A stretch of 56,693 nucleotides of DNA, taken from NCBI GenBank assembly GCA_025603075.1, contig MU626391.1, positions 1-56,693 on the forward strand. Direction: 5' to 3'. The position numbers and the translations under genes were made by a program. Every line of letters begins with the position of its first letter. Position 1 is the first letter of the stretch. The notes under the pieces are model-generated. The model was not told where the DNA came from and ran no database searches. It saw only the letters and a list, made by a program, of their open reading frames with translations. Positions 1-12,506 of the stretch are shown one piece after another. Origin of the DNA: Neoconidiobolus thromboides FSU 785. Taxonomy: Eukaryota; Fungi; Entomophthoromycota.

Positions 1-459
1 AAATCTGATACTCAGTGATTAAAGTCAATAACAGCTATTGCCTGGTTGACTATACTGTAAGTTGAAAGGTCTTAGATTGTGTGACTAAGATAGACTTGAA
101 TCATGAAGAATAGCATGTAATAGGCTATAGACTATGTAAGACAAATAGAATAGACAATACTATTGTAAAATCTACGTAAAATATTATTAAGAAAACTTAG
201 TGGCTTTATTAAATGTACGAGATATCAAGAAATAATTCAGTTAAAAAGCCTCAAATTACTATATTCTAAAATCTCTTTACACTCCGACAAGTATGGATAT
301 CAAAAGGAGAGGATAATATTATTTGGGATAAAGTTAGAAATTCTCATAACAAATCAAAATAAGAACATGGGATTGATTTTCTCCGAACTCGAGAACACAA
401 CAGCTTAGGCGATTGTTATGCTATAATTAACCATGGGACTGACAAAGCGATATTTCACA
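1..459. mobile_element. LTR copy, window starts 4 nt inside it; same family as 21045-21508
   Basis: Aligns end to end with 21049-21508 (11 mismatches in the first 60 nt, 2 in the last ~91 nt) and ends in the same ...GCGATATTTCACA terminus. Confidence 0.85.
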
Positions 460-564
460 ATGGGAGTGTTTTTTTTGACTTCATTATTTTTTCCATTTTT
501 TAAGCGCTATTTAAGTGGAAAATTTTTTAATAAAATTCTTAAACATAAAAATACATCCCCATAT
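460..564 (+). mobile_element. MITE copy 1, left end clipped by the LTR
   Basis: ATGGGAGTG...AGCGCTATTTAAGTGGAAA...AAATACATCCCCATAT matches the family consensus. Confidence 0.85.
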
Positions 565-1475
565 AGTGAATTATAATGCTTATATAATGTGCTTTTCTCT
601 ATTATATTAAAAAATTTAAAGTTTAGTTATAAAAGATTGGATTTTATTTTTATTTTAATAAGTAAGGTCAAATAACTATATGTTTGTATATCAAACATTT
701 ATTAAATATTTAATAAAAGTAATATAAAATATATATTAATTTTTTCAACTATTTAAAAAAAATAAAATAATCAAAACGAGTCTTTAGGTTAAATTTTTTA
801 TTATTAAATTTTAAGCTTTTTGAATTTAACTAATCATATACCAAGGACTTGTTAAAAATTCAAAATTTGAATTAGCTTTAGATAAACTTTGAAACTAATT
901 TGGATGTCCCTGTATATTATTTTGATGCAAAAGTGTGCTAGACTGATTTGTATTGTATATTATTGAGAAGCTACTTTTATAAGCTAAAATATTGCTATTT
1001 TACTAGAAATATAAATTCAACACTAAAATAATATTATCATATACGTTGTGAAATATTAAAATTTAGCTATAATAAAATGTCTATACGAATTAATTCAATA
1101 TTGAATTAATTATTACACAAGATGCTTTCTTTTTATTGTTTTGTCCATTTCTATACGACATAAGATGAAAATATTTGTTAGTTAAATGTTGTAACTAAAA
1201 ACAGATTTTGATATTGATTTATCGAAATTATTTATAGATATATAAATCTTTGAGTGAAAACCCTATATTGTATCAGTCAGCTTCACTAAAAATGATACAG
1301 CAAAACATAAAAAACTATGGTACAGAACAACAGCATTGACTTGTATTTTAATTTTTTAAACCTTTATTTTTAAATAAACGTTACATTCTAATGTGAAAAG
1401 TCATAGGATTTTGTTTTAATTTCTGCACTTTTTATTTCCCCTTTCATAATACAATTTTGAATAAGTAGCCCAACT

Positions 1476-1576
1476 ATATGAGGTTGTTTTTTTTAGTTTC
1501 ATTATTTTTCCATTTTTTAAGCGCTGTTTGAGTGGAAAGATTGTAGTAAAATTCTTAAAAAAACACATCCCCATAT
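1476..1576 (+). mobile_element. MITE copy 2
   Basis: ATATGAGG...AAGCGCTGTTTGAGTGG...CACATCCCCATAT. Confidence 0.85.
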
Positions 1577-1846
1577 TTCATTTTTATAACTATAATGATT
1601 ATGATACATAAAAGTTGGCTTAATTTATTGTATGAAAGTACTAAATAAATTAATAAATAAAGCACTAAGAAATAAAATAGAGCAAGCTAACTATGATTGG
1701 TTCTATCTCAAACATAGAAACAACTTGAAAATGACCTAATAATTAAAACGCTAACCTCAAAAAAGCGCTAAAGAGTAGTCTAATTTTGATTTTAATTACA
1801 ACTTAGAATTTACCTTTCTTTTTTTAATTTTAAAAATTGGAACATA

Positions 1847-2948
1847 ATGTCGGAAGCCCAAGCACGTAAATATTTAGCCGATGCTCAAACTAAAGAAAAA
1901 TACAAGGGTTGGTTTGGAGGTGATAAATTAGATGAAGCTTATGAATTATACAATCAGGCTGGAAATTCATTCAAATTGGCTAAATGCTGTAACTTTTTTT
2001 CATAATCAATAATTTTTTAAATTGACTTTTTTTTAAAAAACTAGGGAAGGAAGCTGGAGAATCATTTAAAAGTGCAGCTAGAGTTTCTACTTCTTTAGGT
2101 GAACAAAACGATGCTGCTACGCAATATGTCAACGCTGCAAAGGCTTATAAAAAGGATTATCCACAAGGTAAGATTTTTTTCATTGAAAGATTGTATAAAT
2201 CCTAATATTTATTTAGATGCTATCGATTGTCTTAAATTAGCAGTAAGTATTTTGACTGAACGTGGAAGGTTCCATTCTGCTGCTATTCAGCAAAAGGAAA
2301 TTGCTCAACTATATGAAACAGAGTTAAATAATTTAAATGAAGCTATGGCATCTTATGAATTAGCTGCTGAATGGTATAGCTCAGAGGATTCAAATGCGTA
2401 AATTACATACTATTGTTTTAACTACATCTTTTAACATAAATTAAAGCATTGCTAATTCGTGTTTATTGAAAGTGGCTGAGTTTGCAGCTCAACTAGAACA
2501 ATATGATAAGGCTATAAAGATTTTTGAACAAGTAGCGAATGATAGTGTCAATAATCCATTGGCTAAATGGTCAGTTAAAGAATATTTATTAAAAGCAGGT
2601 TTATGTCATCTTTGTGTTGGGGTAATTATAGTCAAAGGCCTTTTAAAAAATATTTATAAAATTGTAGGACTCGGTGAGTACCTTAAGAGCGCTTGAAAAT
2701 TATGATGAGTTAGATCTTTCGTTTTCTCAAACTAGAGAACGAAAACTTTTAAGAGTAATTTAAAATAGGAACTTATTCATTTTTGTAATCGTTGTTTTTA
2801 GAATCTATATGAAGCCGTTGAACAAGAAGATATTGAAGGGTTTACAAATCATGTGTTTGAATTTGACCAATTAACAAAGCTAGATAACTGGAAAACAAGT
2901 TTAATGTTGCGCATCAAAAAATCGATTGGTGATGAGTCTTTAACTTAA
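1847..2948 (+). CDS. SEC17: alpha-SNAP (soluble NSF attachment protein), 6 exons
   Basis: Spliced translation [35 protein letters not shown]...[18 protein letters not shown]...[12 protein letters not shown]...[21 protein letters not shown]; all introns GT-AG. Confidence 0.95.
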
Positions 2949-3179
2949 TGTATTACAAAATTAATGTTTTTAAATTGGTTTTAATATAAGATTGTTAAAT
3001 TGAAGTTATTTTCTAGCCAATATTTTAATTTTATATACATTAGCACTTCTATAATAAACTTATCACATTATTTTTAATAAACTTGAACAAAATTTATACA
3101 ATAAACCTATTGCTTTTATTTTTTATATTAAACTTATAGTATCTTTAATAAGGTTGAATGAGACTTATATAATACTAAA

Positions 3180-3323
3180 TTATTTTTTATTTTTAATCAT
3201 CTCTTGTCTCTTTTTATTTCTTTCATGCTTGCCTTTATCAATTTGAGTTTTTACCCAAAGTATTAAGATGGTCGCCATAGTAAAAGCTGCAAAAGGTTGG
3301 GCTATTTTGGAATTAATATTCAT
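3180..3323 (-). CDS. 47-aa small protein with one hydrophobic segment and a basic tail
   Basis: Uninterrupted ORF MNINSKIAQPFAAFTMATILILWVKTQIDKGKHERNKKRQEMIKNKK*, divergent from TOA2; below the ORF-track cutoff. Confidence 0.6.
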   Translation of the reverse strand: MNINSKIAQPFAAFTMATILILWVKTQIDKGKHERNKKRQEMIKNKK

Positions 3324-3542
3324 TTTATAAACTAATAAGGAAGAATCCTCTAAAAACCATAGTCATTGAGATTATAATCTCAAGCAACCTTCAGTTTGAT
3401 TGGTTGCCTTATTGCAAAGTCTAAGCACAAACTTCAAAAACCGTTAAACCATATGGACTCTCAATTTTAATTGGCCATCACCAAGCAGTATAAAAGGCAC
3501 TTGAGTTGGTTTATAAAAAGGTAAAAAACTCTTCTTTTAAAA

Positions 3543-3963
3543 ATGTCACAATATTATGAATTATACCGTAGTAGTACGTTAGGGATGGCATTAACAGATT
3601 CTCTTGATGAGTTAATTACCACTGGCCAAATCAACCCTCAATTAGCTATGCGCGTTTTAAATCAAGTAAGTAAAAGTTTAAAAGACTTTTTAAAAAGTTA
3701 ATACTTGGTTTAGTATGACCGTAGTGTCACTGAAGCTTTAGGAAACCAGGTTAAAAGTAGAGCTACTTTTAAGGTATTTATTACGCACTTTTTTGAATTT
3801 TAGTTTAAATTGACTTTAGGGTCATCTTCATACTTATAGATTCTGTGATGACGTTTGGACTTTTATCATTGAGAATCCTACCTTTAGGTTTGAAAGTGAA
3901 GTGGTCAACGTACCTAAAGTCAAAATAGTTGCATGTAATGCTAAGAAACCTGGGGAAGCTTAA
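3543..3963 (+). CDS. TOA2: TFIIA small (gamma) subunit, 3 exons
   Basis: [25 protein letters not shown]...[16 protein letters not shown]...[10 protein letters not shown]; not in the ORF track. Confidence 0.95.
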
Positions 3964-4362
3964 GTACCTCATTAAGCACTTGGTTGCTATGCTTTTTAGA
4001 TTTTTTTAATTTAATAAATTCAATGTGATAAATTTATTGAATTATTAATCTTTATTTAAATTATTTGTCTATAATTTGTTGCCTAAAGGCCATTTATCTT
4101 ATACTGAAATTCAAGTTGTCGATGAAGCACATAGTAGATAAAACTACAAGTAGCTTTAACTCTAAAATATTGCTATCCAAAAAAATAATAAAACAAGTAT
4201 TTCAATTTATATTTAAGTATAAACTCAACACGTTAATATTATTCGTTTATGTTTCTATTTGTCAAAAAAAATACTAAAATAAAAAGAATAATCTATGATT
4301 TAATTTACTAATTTTAGAAGCTCTAATAACCTAAAGTTGTATCTATAACACCCCAAATCGAC

Positions 4363-7300
4363 CTAATTCTCTGTCAAAGATTTAGGCATTGTATTAATAC
4401 ATAAAGTTTGCAATGGTAGCATTATTGGGAATAGTTTGATTCTTTTAGCAGTTTTTACGTTATTTTCAGGGAGATAAGTAAGCATAACTGGAATTGGCCC
4501 AAGGATAATATTATACTTTTTTAAATATTCCTTTTCAAATTTCATAGCTGATTTTGCAAAATTTCTCCTCTGTCCTTCATTATAAGCATCATATTTCAAT
4601 TCTCCTTTAACGAAATAAAACTTGCCATCTTTAGTATTAATTGAGCATATTTTACCTCCACGAATATCCTCAAAGTTTACTATTAAAAAGGTTAGTTACA
4701 TATTTATTCAAGTAATTAGGTATTAAGTTACGAAAATATCCTTGTGTATTAAGCAACAATTTAGCTATATATTGAACGCTTAAATGGCTTATAGGTGAAG
4801 AGAGATAAATTAGCTGTGACATTGAAGTCCTGCCTTCTCTTTTAATATCGTTATAACTTAGTGACTGTGTAATTGTAACGCTTGGGAAACTGTTTAGATA
4901 ATAAAAGCCAGATTTGATTCCCAAGTATGGTTTAAAATCAGGGCTTATCATGCTGTCGATACAATGGTTATATTCAATTGCCTTAATTACATGTTCTTTA
5001 GAACACTGGTAAATATATTTACCATCTATATAAATAAAGTCGGAGTTATTATAATTATATATCGATACTAAACTATTACGGTTTTTAACTATTCTATACG
5101 GTAAGCACCATCGATTTAATCTCTTCTGTTCATCGCTAAACTTTTTAGCTTTACCTATTTCAAAGTCAATATAAACTGATTTGATTATAAACAAACTACC
5201 TAAGACACACCTTGTTATTTTATGTGGATCTATTACTCCTGGATTAAACAAATCATAGTAGTTATATAATTCGGATTTTGGATTTAACATTAAATCCTAT
5301 TTTGTATAAATATAAATATAATAAACATAGCAATAAAAACATGATTTACTTGTAAAAGTTCTGGCAATTCATGAGCATGATTTCTAGGCATAAGAGCTAA
5401 GAGGTGGGCATATGGAGAGAGTGGTTTTCCAATAGTAAACTCAAACTTTTCTCTTGGTATTCCAGCCTTTAAAATATCTAGGATAATTGTTTAAAAAAGA
5501 GAACTTGAGCACAAGAATCATTACTTTCTATTCGAATTGCTCCTCCGCCTGGATAAAACCAATCCCAGGATGGCATTCCACGAAAAATATAGTATATCGT
5601 ATATTGGAGTGATTTTAGATAATCTTTTATTTTTATATTTACATCTTTATTACCCTATATTATAAATTAACTTTATATGCAAATAGTTTTATTAGTTCAC
5701 TTACATTAAGATAATTTACATTTAGTTTATCCTTTCCATCAATATTCACACTATATTCTTGTTCTTCTTCAGGAAAATCAATTTTAATCATGTCATGATT
5801 ATGAATGACTAAACTAGCATTTTCACAAGCCGATGCCAGCTGCTTTAAATACGTAGATAAATTAATATATTCATAAACTTTCTCTTTAATTTCAATTGGA
5901 AATTTAGTGTTAGCCGACAATTCCAATTTTTGTTGCAATGTAGCTTTGTGTACCATTTTTTTTTCAAAATAAGTTTCTGCTTCTTTTATAACGATTTGTT
6001 CAAACTTCATAAATTTTTCTATTTTCTTTTTACCTATTTGAGATACCAATTCAAAAAGATAAAATAAATTTTTAAAATTTATTTCTCCATTAAAAAGAAA
6101 ATGACCTTCTCCATGTTCTAAATAATAAGCATAAACTTCTAGCAATCTATCAAACCCTCCATATTCCACGTTGATACCATAGATACTAGGTACATAATCA
6201 TTTCCATTAAAGGCAGCTAATAAAATAAAATCGTCTAATATTCTCTCTTCACTCACCTTAAACTTAGCTTTTTTAGTGTAAAACTCTTTAATGATACATT
6301 CTCTCAATAACGATATATATATTGTTTCAAACTTGAGATTAAATGTATTTGAAATACTATTCTCGGTTGGTCGTATAATAATAAAGCTTGGTTCGTGAGT
6401 AGACAAAGTCAGTAGAGTTATATCTGCATCAGAGCCTAGTACAGCATGTTTTAAATTCGGATTATAATCTTTTTTAGTTTTACAAAGTCTTATGTAATCC
6501 ATGATCTTATGTTCGCCCTCACCAGGTACCTTATCATTATAAGAAATAATTTATTTAAATTAATATTCAAATCTTACAAGATGACCAGATAATATAATTT
6601 GAGGCTTTTTCCAGTTAGATGAGGAATCTGTGTTACTATTGAGTTTATTGAGCACATATTTTTCAAAATCGGTATATAATTTGTGCATAAACTCAGTGCC
6701 TTTAAGAAATTTAATTTTAACATCTTTTTATGTATCCAAATTAAAGTACCCGGTGTTATTGAAATGGAAGTGACCTCTTTACTTGAGTTTAGTTCATTGA
6801 TCTTTTTGTAATCGATTTTCTTCTACTGACATTTAATTATACATATACATATACATATCATATGCTTTTTATTACCAACATTTCATTTATCTCTTCTTCC
6901 GTTTGAGTACTTAAATTGAATCCCAACTCTTTCCTAGCTATTTTCAACCTTCGCACCTTTTGTGTATTCACCTTAGCTAGTGGAGCGACCCCTACATGAA
7001 CTTATTAAACCATTTTATGATAACGAGTCAAAATTACAAACCATCCGAGGCGATGTAAATCAACTTTTGAGGCCTTACAGCATCGATTGTTTGTTCTAAT
7101 CTTTTTATCAACTTCTTGAATCTTTGTTTATAACCCACTTCTCTATTTTTGGGTGAAATCTTCATATTAACATGTACCAGTTCATTGAAATCAATGTATA
7201 AATTATCTATTTTGGATTAGTTGCTATTCCTTTGGCTTGTTATCTCGTACCTATCTTTGGTAGCGTATTTACTGTCGAAGTCTGGTGCGCTAAAGGATAG

Positions 7301-7386
7301 CGGTGCCTAATAAGTGTTAAGTATTATAGAAATAGCAAGGGTGTATGAATATACTTAAGCCATTGATTAAATTTTTTGATTGCCAT
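4363..7386 (-). CDS. XRN1: Xrn1-like 5'-3' exoribonuclease, compact and divergent, multi-exon (~800 aa estimated)
   Basis: Spliced motifs DNLYIDFNELVH, ASDGVAPLAK, SITPGTEFM, VPGEGEHKIMDYIR, GSDAD, GNDYVP, PSWDWFYP; all joinable in frame with GT-AG introns. Orthologue versus paralogue is not resolved. Confidence 0.8.
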
Positions 7387-7909
7387 TTAAAAAACAATGT
7401 ACTTTTTATTTTTTCTTATATTTTAAATTCTCTTGTTTATTCTTTTAATCGAATTTATTCAATGCTGATTGAACAATTGGTATAATTATTTTTTGTAATT
7501 ATCATAAAATTTGGTAGCTTTAAACTAATTAACTAAAAGCGAAAGTATCATTAAATTATTATTATATTATTATTTAACTAGAAAATGTCGATTCCGTCCA
7601 ATATTAAAAACACTGATTACTATATAGTTATAAATAAATTATAGTTACTATTAACAAAATCAAGTTATATTATGTTTAATCAACTTGTATATATTTCAAA
7701 ATAATATTAATAAACGTTCCTATTTAACTGCAAAATAGCCCATTTAAATAAAATCATGAGAAAAACACTGCTTCTAACTATAATAAACAAAAGCGTAAAA
7801 ATGTATTATCTACCTAAAAAAATTAATCCTAGTGCTAAATCATGTAAAATCATATATATAACTATTTAAAATAATATAAATTTAATTTTATACTTGCACT
7901 TTTCAACCC

Positions 7910-9427
<1,518 letters not shown>

Positions 9428-9735
9428 GATTGTTTATTTCTATGTTTATTAAATAAAGTGATTTGACTTTAGCTAAAAGCTGGTTTTTTAGGATCAAAGC
9501 CTAGAGCCAATCAAATGAAATCTTAAATTTTGGAAAGGATTTTGGAAAGAATATTGAAGAATTTTGATTCTTACATTAAATTGTATACTAAAAATATTTC
9601 TAACAAATTTCAAATTGAAAGTAAATTGTTTAAAGTTTATCAAAATAAATAATATTCAAACCTATAACTTTATTTTATATACTTGGCAATAGCAACTCAC
9701 TTTTATAAAATTATAAGCTTTTAGTTTTAAAATAG

Positions 9736-9841
9736 ATATGTGATGTATTTTTGTGTTTAAGAATTTTATTAACAAATTTTCCACTTAAATAGCGCTTAAA
9801 AAATGGAAAAAATAATGAAGTCAAAAAAAACACTCCCATAT
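9736..9841 (-). mobile_element. MITE copy 3
   Basis: ATATGTGATGTATTTTTG...AGCGCTT...CACTCCCATAT. Confidence 0.85.
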
Positions 9842-10182
9842 ATATTTAGCATTACAGAGTTTTCTTGATAATATAATGTAATACAGTAGGAAGAAAAATG
9901 GTCTGAATATCGCTATAGATTTTACTATATGTGGTTATATATAATATATACACGAATGAAGTCTATCAAATAAACCTCATAGTAGTATTTTAGATATTAT
10001 AGAAGAATAGCCGAGCTATCATAAGCTTATTTAACAAATATTACTCAATAATTAAATAGAACACTTGTCTGATTTTTTACTTGTAAGCATTTTCCTAATA
10101 TTTTCTAATAAAATGAATATTAACTTTCAAACATTTACCAGCTAATTATAATCACTATGAAAATCTTATATAAGCCTTAAAA

Positions 10183-10287
10183 ATATGGAGATGTATTTTT
10201 GTATTTAAGAATTTTATTAACAATTTTTTTGCTCAAATAGCGCTCAAAAAATGGAAATCAATGAAATCGAAAAAAACATCCCCATAT
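10183..10287 (-). mobile_element. MITE copy 4, left half of the inverted dimer
   Basis: ATATGGAGATGTATTTTTG...CATCCCCATAT. Confidence 0.85.
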
Positions 10288-10390
10288 GGGAGTGTCTTTT
10301 TTAACTTCATTATTTCTTCCATTTTTTAAGCGCTATCTAAACGGAAAATTTGCTAACAAAATTCTTAAACACAAAAATACATCCCCATAT
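10284..10390 (+). mobile_element. MITE copy 5, right half of the inverted dimer; shares ATAT with copy 4
   Basis: ATATGGGAGTG...AATACATCCCCATAT. Confidence 0.85.
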
Positions 10391-10716
10391 GTTTTTTCCA
10401 ATTTAATGTTTGTAATTATTTGACAAAAAACAATTCATATAAACCCTCTTTTAACTATTTAAAATATTATAAATCTATGAGCTTTGTTCTATTGCTTTAG
10501 ATACTATCTCTAATTTAGCTATAGATAAAATGATAATAAAATATGAATTTTTTTACAAGACATCAAAATCTAATATTTATAATGTAAAATCTTTAATGCT
10601 TGTTCAACTTAGCTATTTGTTACATCAGCAGAACAAGATAAATACATTGATCAAAAGTGTACAAAAAAAACACTTTCTCCAGAACAAAAAGGTAGCATAT
10701 TAGCAAAAAATTTATA

Positions 10717-10821
10717 ATATGGGGATGTATTTTGTGTCTAAGAATTTTATTAACAATATTTCCACTCAAATAGCGCTTAAAAATGGAAAAAGTAGTGAAA
10801 ACAAAGAAAACATCCCCATAT
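10717..10821 (-). mobile_element. MITE copy 6
   Basis: ATATGGGGATGTATTTTG...CATCCCCATAT. Confidence 0.85.
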
Positions 10822-11339
10822 ATTTAATTAAGTATTGATTAAATAATATATAGTTTTAAAAAATAAAAGTTATAGTATAATATAAAATAATAAAGATTTT
10901 AGTTGATTTGTAATTATTGAAAATCTAATAAGCTTTCTTTGTTGTTTGTATAATACTTTTTAATAAAAAGCATTAAGTTTTCTTATTTTAAATATTTAGT
11001 TACTTTAAAACTTTAAACATTAAAATATAATAAATTGATTGATCGATTGATTAATTAGTTTAATTTGAACTTTATTTACTACAACTATTTTTATAAATCA
11101 TGGGTCATTGAAGTCAATATATATTTTATAGTTATTTCTTAAAGTGACTTTTTTGCATAATTTAGTATTCATTAGCTCAATTTTTTGTTGTTAAAATTAG
11201 TTTTATTTTTAAATCCTCAAACTACGAATTTAATAATTAACTCGAAATTAAGTTTTATTAGTCAAATTTTTATAACAGCTGAAAAATAACTAAAAGTAAA
11301 AATTAAGTTAAAAAATTGAACTAATAATTTGATTAGCAT

Positions 11340-11740
11340 TTACTGTGTCTAAAAGGTACTTTCAATAGATTAAGGAATTAAATTTCGGTGCTTGAGGAAC
11401 ACCCCCAGGAAGTAAAGAATTAACTCAGTTGATTTTTTTGTTTTTGGATCTGCATCTCTACTTTTTCAAGGGGTCTACACTGTTATAAAACCATTTTTAC
11501 TTGAATCAAGTCCTTTTTTCTATATTCTGGTTGTTATTATAACTTAGGTATTAAATTGGTAAGCTAATTCTCTCTTGATTTGCTTGTAATCTTATTAAAC
11601 TTGTATTTTTGTAATAGATGTTCATAGATTCCATGTCTTTCGTTAATAGTCAAACTTTTCCTTCTACTTTTCTGTTTTCTAAGTTTGAGTAAGTTTGTAA
11701 ACTTAAACTGATCTTTGTTTTGCTAACCATTTTCATGAAT
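11340..11740 (-). pseudogene. Decayed CENP-B/pogo-like HTH (transposase N-terminus) relic
   Basis: Frameshifted and stop-broken segments RKSLTINERHGIYEHLLQKY and KRELAYQFNT*VIITTRI*KK resemble a Psq/CENP-B HTH. Confidence 0.4.
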
Positions 11741-11759
11741 AAAAAGTGGTTGTAAGAAT

Positions 11760-11887
11760 AAATGGGGATGTATTTTTGTGTTTAAGAATTTTACTAACAA
11801 ATTTTCCACTCAAATAGTGCTTAAAAAACGGAAAAATAATAAAACCAAAAAAACATCTCCAATGATGTCAAAAAAACACTCCCAAAT
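11760..11887 (-). mobile_element. MITE copy 7 with an extra ~27-bp terminal segment
   Basis: ATGGGGATGTATTTTTG...AAACATCTCC followed by AATGATGTCAAAAAAACACTCCCAAAT. Confidence 0.8.
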
Positions 11888-12506
11888 GCTAACTTGAAAC
11901 TTAAAATACATTTTTGGCGAATTAATTCTATTTGGTAAAGTTACTTGTTATTTTCTATCTACTTTAAAGGCTCCACGTAACTTCAAGGGGTAATATAAAA
12001 TAAACTTTTACTGTAAGATGATTAAAACGATGAGATGATTTATGTAACAGCCAGTTTATTTGCTTGTCAATATAGTAAGCTTAATATGAAGATTGGAGAA
12101 AAAGATCCCGTTTATTGTTTCGGAGGGAGCACATAGTAACTCAAACCATAAAAATCGAAGTATCTATAAAAGTAAAAATTTTAAAATTTTGAATATTTTA
12201 AGCAAATAAATACTTCAATAGATTTAATATAAACTTTGTTTGTAGACTATTTCAAGACTATTTTGATAAGATTGAGAATTTTTTAGTCTAAATATCTAGG
12301 ATATTATTTTCTTAGCTTATTTTGCTTTTTGGGATACTTTGAGATTTAATTAAGTAATACCAATTGTATAACAGATAAGGGAGCTATTGTTCTTTTAATA
12401 AAATTATAAGAACTTTGATAAGGATCTATTACATCTATTTATAATTTTAAAATACACAATATAAATAACAAAAAGTGTAGAAATAAATCGCTAGATTCTT
12501 TTTTTA

